Positions 25,538 through 34,586 of a DNA stretch of 64,000 nucleotides are shown here, piece after piece. The notes below the pieces were generated by a model. The model did no database searches. It was not told the origin of the DNA and saw nothing but the letters and a program-made list of their open reading frames with translations. Within the stretch, counting starts at the first letter, position 1. Each line of letters begins with the position of its first letter. Source of the DNA: Ruminococcus sp. CAG:579 (GTDB taxonomy: Archaea; Thermoplasmatota; Thermoplasmata; Methanomassiliicoccales; Methanomethylophilaceae); contig CAVJLK010000003.1 of the NCBI GenBank assembly GCA_963650175.1, positions 8,465 through 72,464 on the forward strand, written 5' to 3'. Made by a program: the position numbers and the translations under genes.

Positions 25538-26877
25538 CCTCCTCCCGTGATGGTGAGATAGTCCTTGTAGTCGTCCCCGACGTACTTCGGCAGGACGACG
25601 CCGTCGGTGAAGGCGTCCTTGTGGACCGCCCTCCCCATGAGCTCCATCATCTGAGCGACCCTCGGACCCGCGCGCGAGGCGCAGTCCGCCGCATCCCCGG
25701 CGAAGAGGTAGATGTCCCCGCCCTTGAACGCGGTGGTGCCCTTCCATTCCGAAGACATGGACGAGAGCATGGAATCGTACTCGGACTGGGTCGCGTTGTA
25801 GTCCGACGATACGATGATGATGACCTCGGGGTCGTACTTGGCGATGGTCTCGGCATTGACCTGGATCCATCCGTCCTCGCCCGAGTATATGTTGATCATG
25901 AACAGATTGTCCATGGCATCGGACACGTACGTGTTGGAACCGGATGCCCATGGGGATTTCACCGCGGAGAGCGCGACCATGACGCGCTTCTCCCACTTGA
26001 AATCGTATGATTCTATGGTGTCGTGCACCGTCTTGATCCCTTTCTCGAGATCGTCGATGCACTGCCCGGCCTCTTCCGTGCTCCCCAGCACGAGGCCGGC
26101 CTGATAGATGTTGTCGAGGACGGCCGTGACGGATTCCCCTCCGTCCAGGACCAGGACGTCGATCCCGGCGGTCCTGAGCTTCTCGGCCATCTTGATGTGG
26201 GCGCTCTGGGTGCTGATGCAGACCACCATGTCGGGGGACTGCTTGAGGATCGCCTCGAAACTCGGGTTGGTGAATCCCCCGGTCTCGGCTATCCTCCCGG
26301 ACTCCCTGCGCTCCTTGACCTCCTCGGGATAGTTGCTGTACCTGTCCGTTCCAACCAGGAGGTCCATCCCGCCCACGGCGCAGATGGTCTCCGTGCAGGA
26401 CGGGGCGAGAGAGACGACCCTCTCGGGCTTCTCGTATCCGTAGATCGAGTGCCCCGTGCCGTCCACGGCGGGCGTCGGCGTCTCCCCGGAGGCCACCAGG
26501 CCGTAGCAGACGGCGCTGAAATCGGATATGACTGCATCGGGATCGTCGGCGAGAACGGACCATTCCGTGTATCCCTTCTCCACCACGAAGAGCGTCCATG
26601 ATTGTCCGGACGCGGCAGCCTTCCCGTTGATCGAAACAATGGTCCCGCCGTCGGACACCAGCTCGTACCCGTGCCTCTCGCACAGGACCGAGAGCGCCTC
26701 GGAGGGGGAGAGGCGACCGTCGGTCGCCTGATAAGTGATTTCGCGGTCCCCGAAATCGACGAGGACGCCTTGAGAAGAATCGGTGGATGATGCGGAGGGC
26801 ACGACCGCGACCGTCACCGCCAGCCCGATGATCAGGATGGCCAGCGAGATGGCGACCTTGAGCCTGCTCCCCTGCAT
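25531..26877 (-). CDS. DUF4430-like domain fused to a BtuF/FhuD-type (Peripla_BP_2) substrate-binding protein
   Basis: 448 aa. There is a signal anchor, then GVLVDFGDREITYQA...SWTLFVVEKGYTEW. The binding-protein core follows (RVVSLAPSCTETICAVGG...DPEVIIIVSSD). Confidence 0.8.
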   Translation of the reverse strand: MQGSRLKVAISLAILIIGLAVTVAVVPSASSTDSSQGVLVDFGDREITYQATDGRLSPSEALSVLCERHGYELVSDGGTIVSINGKAAASGQSWTLFVVEKGYTEWSVLADDPDAVISDFSAVCYGLVASGETPTPAVDGTGHSIYGYEKPERVVSLAPSCTETICAVGGMDLLVGTDRYSNYPEEVKERRESGRIAETGGFTNPSFEAILKQSPDMVVCISTQSAHIKMAEKLRTAGIDVLVLDGGESVTAVLDNIYQAGLVLGSTEEAGQCIDDLEKGIKTVHDTIESYDFKWEKRVMVALSAVKSPWASGSNTYVSDAMDNLFMINIYSGEDGWIQVNAETIAKYDPEVIIIVSSDYNATQSEYDSMLSSMSSEWKGTTAFKGGDIYLFAGDAADCASRAGPRVAQMMELMGRAVHKDAFTDGVVLPKYVGDDYKDYLTITGGGF

Positions 26878-26895
26878 TGTTCCACCTTAAAGGTT

Positions 26896-27723
26896 TCAGT
26901 AGATGGGGGCCTTCTCCGGGTGGTTGTCGCCGTAGAAGTTCCCGTACACAATGAGCATCTGCGCGTAGTCGGCAGTCTTAAGGTTGCTCATTGACAAAGG
27001 AGAATCGATCCACTTGGATTTCTCCTCGACAAACTGGGTCCAATATGTATAGCCACTCTCATCGGAGATCATCTCTATGCCGAAGATGGATGTGATTCCC
27101 TTACCGTATTTCGCTTCGGAAGGCACATAGGGAATGTTGTACTCCTTCGCAGCATTGTCCCAAGCATCGAAGACGGTATCTCCGGTTCCGCTCACGCGGA
27201 AGTACATTCCGGAAAGAGACTCGACGGTGAACAGAGTGTCCCCGAAGGTCCAGTCCCAGATGGCTGCCTTGGAGACGTCGGTCACGGCAGGAGTCGAAGA
27301 ACCATCGCTGTAGACGACGGCGAAGTACTCGTTGTCCTTCGCATTCAATTTCTCCATAGTCTTGTCGGCAACCGTCCAAGCTCCGTTCGCATAGGTGAAC
27401 TGCTGCCACCAGGACCATTTCCCGTCCTTCTCATCCATTTCGATTCCGAAGAGAGATTTGATCCCGTCTCCATAATCGGCATGCGACGCCTCAAAAGGAA
27501 GGTCAAAGGCATCTGTAGCATCCACAAAAGCGTCGAAAACAGTCTTTCCATCCCCGTCAACCCAGAAGTAAACTCCATAGTTGTCCTGGATGAGGAACGT
27601 CACCGTAGCGGTCTCGTCGTTGTCCTTGTCCTTATCCTTACTCAGGCTCTGAGCCGCGAAGACCGCGACGATCAGGACGATGACGACAGCTGCCACGATG
27701 ATAATCTTCTTCTTGCTGTCCAT
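26896..27723 (-). CDS. Membrane-anchored protein with two tandem DUF4430-like domains
   Basis: 275 aa with an N-terminal TM segment. The pattern F.v.G.G.TVFDA......YG.GI.S.FGIEM.......W.QF occurs twice. Confidence 0.7.
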   Translation of the reverse strand: MDSKKKIIIVAAVVIVLIVAVFAAQSLSKDKDKDNDETATVTFLIQDNYGVYFWVDGDGKTVFDAFVDATDAFDLPFEASHADYGDGIKSLFGIEMDEKDGKWSWWQQFTYANGAWTVADKTMEKLNAKDNEYFAVVYSDGSSTPAVTDVSKAAIWDWTFGDTLFTVESLSGMYFRVSGTGDTVFDAWDNAAKEYNIPYVPSEAKYGKGITSIFGIEMISDESGYTYWTQFVEEKSKWIDSPLSMSNLKTADYAQMLIVYGNFYGDNHPEKAPIY

Positions 27724-27914
27724 TCAAACCACCCGGACGCAAATGTCCGTTAAATGAAGTATCCTAGTCCATCGTATTTTAAGAGTTGGATGGATTGACC
27801 TGCATCTAGAACCCCCCACCCGTATATGCTGGCTCGACGGGGGATCATGGATGCTTGGTCAGAAAAGACAGCCTCGAAGATGCATATTCCGATACCCGTG
27901 ATTGGAACGGGTGG

Positions 27915-28712
27915 TCACTCCTCCTCGATGATCTCCTCGGGGGCCCCGGCGAACTTCACCAGCGCGAACGCCTCCATGAAATGGAGCTTCCCGGGCAGGA
28001 CCAGCGTGAACAGCGGCTCGCCCAGGTCCATCTTCAGCAGGTCCTGGGGGTACCCGGCGAACACCTTCTCCTCCGGCGACCCGACCTTCGACGCCACGCA
28101 CAGAAGGGTCCTGTCGTCGATCAGGCCCTCCTTCCACTCCTCCTCGCCGGAGATGAGCCACTGGATCGCCTGATGGGCGGTCATGTAGCGCATCTCGTCG
28201 GCGCGGATGTCCAGCAGGATCATCGTGTGGAGGCCGCGCTTCTTGTTCTCCATGATGTGGTCGTAGGGGGACTTCGGGTGGTAGTTCTCCTCCATGAACG
28301 GCAGCGTGACCGTCCTCCCGAACTTGTAGTGCTGGAGTCCGAGCGACGTGGGGCAGGCGGAGAAGATCGATATCCCGTGGAACACGCGCACCGGGATCCC
28401 GGCCTCGGACGCCTGTATCCTCAGGTCCACGTGGGTGGTGGCCGACATGGTGTCGCCGGCGGTGATGAACCCGACCCTCATGGTCCTGGCATCCTCGATT
28501 ATATCGTCGCACTCCTCGACCTGGGAACGGTACAGGATGTGGATCCTCTTGCCGATCGCCGCCTCCAGGTCCTCCGGCTTCGTGCCTATCAGGACGGAGG
28601 TGTAGAACTCGGCGTAGATCTTGTCGCATTCCCTCAGCGCCTGGAGCGCCTTGACTGTCATTCCGTCCGCGCCGCTGAGACCCAGACCGACGAAAACGAG
28701 TTCGGATGCCAT
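27915..28712 (-). CDS. dph5: Diphthine synthase
   Basis: 265 aa. FVGLGL, ITAGDTMSATTH and HGISIFSA motifs of the tetrapyrrole-methylase fold fit Dph5. Confidence 0.9.
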   Translation of the reverse strand: MASELVFVGLGLSGADGMTVKALQALRECDKIYAEFYTSVLIGTKPEDLEAAIGKRIHILYRSQVEECDDIIEDARTMRVGFITAGDTMSATTHVDLRIQASEAGIPVRVFHGISIFSACPTSLGLQHYKFGRTVTLPFMEENYHPKSPYDHIMENKKRGLHTMILLDIRADEMRYMTAHQAIQWLISGEEEWKEGLIDDRTLLCVASKVGSPEEKVFAGYPQDLLKMDLGEPLFTLVLPGKLHFMEAFALVKFAGAPEEIIEEE

Positions 28713-28782
28713 GGACCGCCCATCGGGCGGTCCGTATAAAAGAATGGGGTTTTCCGAGGGGCCCCTCCCGGGCCCCCCGATT

Positions 28783-30879
28783 TCACTCCTTGACGAGCGT
28801 GCACAGGGCGTCGACGGCCCAGCAGCCCTTGCCCTTGAGCCCGACGATGACCGGGTTGATCTCCAGCTCGTGTATCTCTGGGTTCTCGACGGCGATCAGG
28901 ACCATCCTCTTGATGACGTCCTTCATCGCCTCGATGTCGGCCTCGGGCAGTCCCCTGGCGCCGGACATGAGCTTGTAGGCCTTGGTGCTCTTGATCATGC
29001 CGTCGAGCTGCTGCTCGGTCATGGGCACGTGGGCCTGGGAGATCTCCCTGAGGATCTCCACGTAGATCCCTCCGAGCCCGAAGGACACGACGGGTCCGAA
29101 CTGCGGGTCCCTGATCATGGACAGGATGACCTCCTGTCCGGAGACCATCTGCTGGATGGACACTCCGTCGATCCTCGCGTTCGGCACGGCCTTGGTGCAG
29201 GACGCCATGATCTTGTCGTACGCCGCCCTGGCCGCATCCGCGTCCTTGACGCCGACCACGACGCCTCCGACATCGGTCTTGTGCTGGATGTCCGGGGACA
29301 CGATCTTCATGACCACGGGGTACCCGATCCTGTCGCACGCCTTGACGGCGTCGTCGGCGCTGTTGACCAGAGCCTCCCCGGGGGTGGGGATGCCGTAGGC
29401 GGCGAAGATCTCCTTCCCCTCGGCCTCGGTGAGGGAACCGCGCCCCTCCGCCCTGACCTTGGCGATGATCTTCTGGGACACCTCCCTGCCGGAGACGTCC
29501 GGCACGGAGAGCGGGTCGTGCTGCTCGTCCTTCCTGATGTTGTAGGTCCTGAGCACGGACAGCGCGTGGATGGCCCTGTCGGGGGTGGGATAGGTGGGAA
29601 CCTTCCCCTCCTTGAGGATGGCGTTGGCCAGGTCGCACTTGTGACCGCCGGCGAAGCACACGACCGTGGGCACTGGGATGTCGTCCCTCATCTCGACGAT
29701 GATTCTGGCGACGGCCTCCAGGTCCGCGGTGTCCAGCGGGGACCCCATTATGACGAGACCTCCGACGTTCGGGTCCCTGGTCACGATGTCGATGACCTCC
29801 CTGAAGTACTCGGGCTTCGCATCCCCGCGGACGTCGATCGGGTTGGTGAGGCCGGCGACGGTGGGGACGCGCCTCTTGATCTCGTCCAGGGTCTCCTGGG
29901 AGAACTTGACCGCGTTGATGTTCGGGGCGTCGAAGGCCGCATCGGCGGACATCACTCCGAGACCGCCGGCGTTGGTGATGATCGCTATGCCGTCCTTCTT
30001 CATGGGGCTGCACGTGCTGAACACGGACAGCGCGTCGAACATCTCGTCCAGGTTCAGCGCCCTGAAGATGTTGAGCTTCTTGAAGATCACATCGTTGACC
30101 GCATCCGATCCCGCCAGGGAGCCGGTGTGCGACGATGCGGCGGCGGAACCCGCCTGGGTCCTTCCGGACTTGAAGACCACGATGGGCTTCTTGACGGGCA
30201 TGTCCTCGACGGCCTTGACGAACTTCTCGCCGTTGGAGATGCCCTCGCAGTACATCCCGATGACCTTGGTGTCGGGGTCGTTGGAGATGTCCTCGAGCAG
30301 GTCGGCCTCGTCGATGTCGGCCTTGTTCCCGAAGGTGATGAAGTTCGCGATCCCGGCCTTGTTCTCGACCGCCCAGTCGATGATGGACGATCCGACGGCG
30401 CCGGACTGCGAGAAGATCGTGATGTTCCCGCTCTCCGGGAGCAGGTGGGCGAAGGTGGCGTTGATCCCCTTGCCGGAGTTCATGATCCCGAAGCAGTTGG
30501 GTCCGAGGAAGCGGACGCCGGACTCCTTGGCGACCCTGACGAGCTCCTTCTCGAGCTCCGCGCCCTCGGGGGAGTCCTCCTTGAATCCCGCGGTGAGGAT
30601 GGTGGCGTATCCGATCCCCGCCTGCTTGAGCTTGGCCACCTCGCCGGGGACGAGGGCGGCCTTGACCGCGAACACGGCGAGGTCCACGGGCTCGCCGATG
30701 TCGGTCACGGACGGGTAGGCCTTCAGACCCATGATCTCCCCGCCCTTGGGGTTGATCGGGTACAGCCTTCCCTTGAAGCCGGCGTCGATCATGTTCTTGA
30801 CGAGCATTCCGCCGAGCTTGGTCTCATCGTTCGATGCTCCGATGATGGCGATGGAGCCAGGATTGATGATTGCCTTCAT
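28783..30879 (-). CDS. acd: Acetyl-CoA synthetase (ADP-forming), fused alpha/beta subunits
   Basis: Starts at MKAIINPGSIAIIGASND. It has a CoA-binding and succinyl-CoA-synthetase-like flavodoxin domain (SSHTGSLAG) and a C-terminal ATP-grasp domain (GYPVVMKIVSPDIQHKTDVGGV). Confidence 0.9.
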   Translation of the reverse strand: MKAIINPGSIAIIGASNDETKLGGMLVKNMIDAGFKGRLYPINPKGGEIMGLKAYPSVTDIGEPVDLAVFAVKAALVPGEVAKLKQAGIGYATILTAGFKEDSPEGAELEKELVRVAKESGVRFLGPNCFGIMNSGKGINATFAHLLPESGNITIFSQSGAVGSSIIDWAVENKAGIANFITFGNKADIDEADLLEDISNDPDTKVIGMYCEGISNGEKFVKAVEDMPVKKPIVVFKSGRTQAGSAAASSHTGSLAGSDAVNDVIFKKLNIFRALNLDEMFDALSVFSTCSPMKKDGIAIITNAGGLGVMSADAAFDAPNINAVKFSQETLDEIKRRVPTVAGLTNPIDVRGDAKPEYFREVIDIVTRDPNVGGLVIMGSPLDTADLEAVARIIVEMRDDIPVPTVVCFAGGHKCDLANAILKEGKVPTYPTPDRAIHALSVLRTYNIRKDEQHDPLSVPDVSGREVSQKIIAKVRAEGRGSLTEAEGKEIFAAYGIPTPGEALVNSADDAVKACDRIGYPVVMKIVSPDIQHKTDVGGVVVGVKDADAARAAYDKIMASCTKAVPNARIDGVSIQQMVSGQEVILSMIRDPQFGPVVSFGLGGIYVEILREISQAHVPMTEQQLDGMIKSTKAYKLMSGARGLPEADIEAMKDVIKRMVLIAVENPEIHELEINPVIVGLKGKGCWAVDALCTLVKE

Positions 30880-31366
30880 GAGTCGCGTATCCTGGACTCT
30901 TGATAAAAAGGTTTGTTCGGATTCCGTAGAATAGAAGCAAAATTCGTAAAGTAATCTGCGGAATTCGAAAAAGAGCGTCGAATACGTCACGGATTCAGCA
31001 GGATTACGGCGAACGTACGATTATTCCTCGTACATATCGCGCCCCATCCCCTCCGGGACGTCGAATGCCGTATATCGCGGGGGGTTACCGCCCCCCGCAT
31101 CGGCTAAATACGTTTCACCCCGTGTCCCCGCACGCCGTACCGGCGTAGGGGCGCGACCGCATGAACGCCATGTGCACGGGACGGCGGACAGAGCCCCGTT
31201 CCATTAATTTGGGAACTCGCGGGAGCGTGCGGCGCGTCGCCGCGGCCGTGACCGGGAGACAACGCGGGGCCCGACACACACCCCCTGCGCAAGTCAGCGC
31301 CCCGAGGCCGGCGTCACCGCCGGACGATGAACCGGCGTGTTAGCGCCAGGGGGACACCTTCTCCTC

Positions 31367-32044
31367 TCAGCAGAAGTGCACGTTCAGCCTCCTGAGCTCC
31401 GAGTCCATCTCCGCCCTCCTGGGGTGCTTCGACAGCAGGGCGTCGTACAGCACGCCCCTCCTGCCGATCTCCGGGTTGAACCCCATCGCCACGTGCGCCA
31501 GCTGGGTGTACAGGCAGTAGTCGAAGAGGTCGTCCGTGACCACCTCGTCGTCCAGGATGTCCGACATGACGACCACCTTCAGCACCACGCTGGATTTCCC
31601 GATGCACCTGCTGGTCTTAGCCGGCGCCCATCCGATGACGAGCTCCGGGTCCCTCTCGACCAGGCCCGTGGCGATCAGCCTCTCGTAGCTGGCCGCCAGG
31701 TCCTTGACCTTGCCCCGGGGGTCCTTCCTGAATCCCGGGAACCTCCTGACGAACACGGGCTGCCTCCTCGCCACGAAGTCGGGCGCGGACAGCCACCGGC
31801 AGATGCTCTCGGAGTAGCAGGCCTCGTCCCCGCAGATCTTCGCGAAGATCACCTCGGCGATCCCCGAGACGACCTCGGACGGCGCGTCCGAGATGTAGTC
31901 GGTGATCTCGAAGACCGCCCACTTGTAGTTCCTGGTCCACCTGATCCGGAAGTCCGGGAAGGCGACGAACGCCGCCTTGACGTCTATGAATCCGAATCTC
32001 CTCCCCGCTGCGGCGAACAGCCGCGTCAGTTCCTCGTTGTCCAA
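31367..32044 (-). CDS. Hypothetical protein
   Basis: 225-aa ORF with host-like codon usage. No family recognised. Confidence 0.5.
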   Translation of the reverse strand: MDNEELTRLFAAAGRRFGFIDVKAAFVAFPDFRIRWTRNYKWAVFEITDYISDAPSEVVSGIAEVIFAKICGDEACYSESICRWLSAPDFVARRQPVFVRRFPGFRKDPRGKVKDLAASYERLIATGLVERDPELVIGWAPAKTSRCIGKSSVVLKVVVMSDILDDEVVTDDLFDYCLYTQLAHVAMGFNPEIGRRGVLYDALLSKHPRRAEMDSELRRLNVHFC

Positions 32045-32153
32045 ATCTCTGGTCTCCTGCGGTTCTTCACCGCAGTTCGACGAAAAATCGCGTCGGGGTT
32101 TTAAAGGAAACCAGTGCAGTCAGTATGACACGGCGGTCTTCGTTTTGTAGACC

Positions 32154-32585
32154 GTGGCGGAAACGGCGGGATTTTATGCTCCGGGGGCCGTTTCCGGCTC
32201 CATGGAAGAGGATCCGCGGCAGAGGGCGATCGTGGAGAAGATGCTCGAATCGATACGGCGCGAGTACGGCTTCGTGCCCGTCGTGAACCAGGTCCTGAGC
32301 GGGAGGCCGGACGTGTTCGTGCCCATGGGCAACCTGGGGAAGGCGGTGCTCGAGACCGGGGATTTAGAGAAGAAGCAGAAGTACCTCTGCGCGGTATCGG
32401 CGGCCACCGCCCTCGGAGGGGAGTACTGCATCGACGTGCAGACGAAGCAGGCGATCGCCGCCGGGGCCACCAAAGACGAGGTGTTCGAGGCGATGATGAT
32501 CGGCGCCTACATGTCCATGACCCGCGCCGAATCCTACGCGTTCAGGAAGTTCGCGGCGAACTTCGGAATCGATCTGGACACGTGA
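32154..32585 (+). CDS. Carboxymuconolactone decarboxylase (AhpD-like) family protein
   Basis: P.GNLGKAVLETGDLEKKQKYLCAVSAATALGGEYCIDVQTKQAIAAGATKDEV fits the CMD domain pattern. The ATG at 32202 may be the start. Confidence 0.7.
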   Translation: MAETAGFYAPGAVSGSMEEDPRQRAIVEKMLESIRREYGFVPVVNQVLSGRPDVFVPMGNLGKAVLETGDLEKKQKYLCAVSAATALGGEYCIDVQTKQAIAAGATKDEVFEAMMIGAYMSMTRAESYAFRKFAANFGIDLDT

Positions 32586-32642
32586 GTAAACGCCGTTAAA
32601 AATTGTTTATATAGTAAATCGGCGAATCGGGAGACGATAAAC

Positions 32643-32969
32643 ATGGTTTCCATCACACCTGATGCGGAGAAGTTCATCAACGACCTTCTCGAGAAGAACC
32701 AGAAGGTAGGCTTCGGGATCAAGATCTACCTGGCGGGACAGGCCTGCTCCGGCCCCCAGTTCGGGATGTCCTTCAAGGAGAAGCCCGACGAGGGAGAGAT
32801 CGTGGACAAGACCGCCAACGGGTTCGAGATGTACTACGACGAGACCACCAAGGAGGAGCTCGACAAGTGCGTCATCGAATTCATCGACGACCCCAACTTC
32901 GGGACCGGCCTGACCATCAGGAACCCCGACTTCAACGGCTGCGCCTCCTGCGGCGGCGGATGCCACTAA
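32643..32969 (+). CDS. Iron-sulfur cluster insertion protein (IscA/ErpA/HesB family)
   Basis: 108 aa. ITPDAEKFINDLL, the CSG motif and the C-terminal NPDFNGCASCGGGC are characteristic. Confidence 0.85.
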   Translation: MVSITPDAEKFINDLLEKNQKVGFGIKIYLAGQACSGPQFGMSFKEKPDEGEIVDKTANGFEMYYDETTKEELDKCVIEFIDDPNFGTGLTIRNPDFNGCASCGGGCH

Positions 32970-32980
32970 ACGTTCAACCC

Positions 32981-32996
32981 GGGGGAGGAATCCCCC
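32981..32996. terminator. Hairpin between convergent iscA-like and HPP genes
   Basis: GGGGGA-GGAA-TCCCCC lies 12 nt after the iscA-like stop and 4 nt after the HPP stop. Confidence 0.4.
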
Positions 32997-32999
32997 TCT

Positions 33000-33482
33000 T
33001 CACTCCTTCTTCTCAATGTGCTCGTAAGCGCGCGTGGTCGCGTACGCCACGAGCACCAGGATCACGGCGCCCGCCAAGACGGGCGCGATTATGTACGACG
33101 CCGATGCACCGGATGTCACACCGAACAGCGCTGTCGCTCCGCCCGGAGGATGGACGGTGTCGGTCAGTACCATCAGGACTATCGCAGCGAACACCGCCAG
33201 GGCCGTGGAGTACCAGGTGCAACCCAGCGCCGCGAATACAATGACGGCTACGACCGCCGCGATCAGATGGCCGCCGATGACGTTCCTGGGCCTGGAGGGT
33301 CTGCTGCCGGGCATCCCGAAGAGGACCACGCAGGATGCCCCGAAGGACGCGAGCATCAGGGGCATGTCCGCGTCAAACGATAGGAACGAGACTATCGCGA
33401 TGGCGACGAACGCCCCCGTCGCGTAGAACAGCGTCTTCCGCACATCGACGTCCTCGGCGAGGACCGCCTTCCTCCAATCCAT
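33000..33482 (-). CDS. HPP-family membrane protein
   Basis: 160 aa, 4-5 TM segments, with the VHPPGGATAL motif. Confidence 0.8.
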   Translation of the reverse strand: MDWRKAVLAEDVDVRKTLFYATGAFVAIAIVSFLSFDADMPLMLASFGASCVVLFGMPGSRPSRPRNVIGGHLIAAVVAVIVFAALGCTWYSTALAVFAAIVLMVLTDTVHPPGGATALFGVTSGASASYIIAPVLAGAVILVLVAYATTRAYEHIEKKE

Positions 33483-33636
33483 ATCCCGCCATTCTGCACC
33501 CCATACGTACGCTTTTCCCAGCCTTCCGTAAAAATACTCATATCATATAGGAATAATCAGAAATAAGAAAAGGGTGGGCACGGCATTGTCAAGATGGTGT
33601 TCCGAACAGGAGGGACCACTGCATCAACAGGCACCA

Positions 33637-34404
33637 TTACGACCGGTGTCCACAGACGGGGCAGTCGGGATCCCTCTCGAAACGGATCCGTTGGAACCTC
33701 CAATCATTGAGATCCAATGAAAGGAACAATCCCTCGGTCGCTCCGCGACCGGTCAGGATCTTGAGGACCTCGGCAGCCTCCATCGAACCTACTGTCGACA
33801 CGACCGCTCCGATCGACGCGGGAGTCCTGCCGCTGTCGCGAAGGTCGCCCATCATGCATCTCAAACAGGAGGTCCTGCCGGGGATGCAGGTCGCTACCTC
33901 ACCGATGAATCCGTCGATTCCTCCATGAACTAAGGGCTTGCCGGATGCGACGGCATAGCGGTTGAGGTCCATCCTGCCAGCGACGGAGTCTAGGCAGTCC
34001 ACGAGGATGTCGCATTGAGCGAACAACTCCTCAGCCTCAGCCGAGAAACGGCACACGTGCGCCTCGACCTGGATCTCCGGATCGATGTTGCGGATCCACT
34101 CCGCGAGGATGATGGCCTTCGGCCGGGGATTCCCGTTGCGGACCTCTTGACAATAGACGTACTGGCGATTGAGATTGGACTCCTCAGGGCAGTCCGGGTC
34201 CATAATTACCATGTGATGGACTCCGGCCGATGCCAGGGCTGTGGCGACGTTTGTTCCGAGGCCTCCGCATCCGATGATGCCGATGACGGCGTCTCTGATC
34301 ATCTCCTGGCCATCCTCACCGAAAACGTGCATCTGACGCTCGTATCTCTCCATGTCCCAGCCTTCGGCCCCATATATCATCGCACGGATAATGTGCTCGG
34401 TCAT
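33637..34404 (-). CDS. ThiF/MoeB/HesA-family E1-like adenylyltransferase
   Basis: IIGCGGLGTNVATALASAGV dinucleotide fold, ESNLNRQ, and two C-terminal CxxC pairs (CLRC...CPVC). Confidence 0.85.
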   Translation of the reverse strand: MTEHIIRAMIYGAEGWDMERYERQMHVFGEDGQEMIRDAVIGIIGCGGLGTNVATALASAGVHHMVIMDPDCPEESNLNRQYVYCQEVRNGNPRPKAIILAEWIRNIDPEIQVEAHVCRFSAEAEELFAQCDILVDCLDSVAGRMDLNRYAVASGKPLVHGGIDGFIGEVATCIPGRTSCLRCMMGDLRDSGRTPASIGAVVSTVGSMEAAEVLKILTGRGATEGLFLSLDLNDWRFQRIRFERDPDCPVCGHRS

Positions 34405-34586
34405 GTAGCAGGATAATTCATATTTTTCCCATAGGAATATTCATTAATAATGCCATGTATCCGCCTCCCCATATCGGAACGGATGCTCTCAAAGAGCGAG
34501 GGAATGGACACAGTCCTGGCGATATACTGCGAAACAGGACTGACTGATGCACAAATCCGAGGACTCCTCGAGGAGTTATTAGCAGA

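Noticed and set aside
27724-27914. Possible cobalamin riboswitch upstream of the DUF4430/B12-type transporter operon
   Set aside because: I read the minus-strand sense of this intergenic region and could not find a B12-box-like core (GCCACUG-type) or the usual flanking helices. Riboswitches are also rare in archaea. A covariance-model scan would settle the question.
30880-31366. ~480-nt ORF-poor, GC-rich, hairpin-rich region between acd and the hypothetical gene (for example GCGGGGGG-ttaccg-CCCCCCGC at 31076..31097), considered as an ncRNA such as RNase P or SRP RNA
   Set aside because: I could not find conserved RNase P (GAGGAAAGUCC-type) or SRP helix-8 motifs on either strand. It may simply be a promoter/terminator spacer. 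An Rfam scan would be needed.
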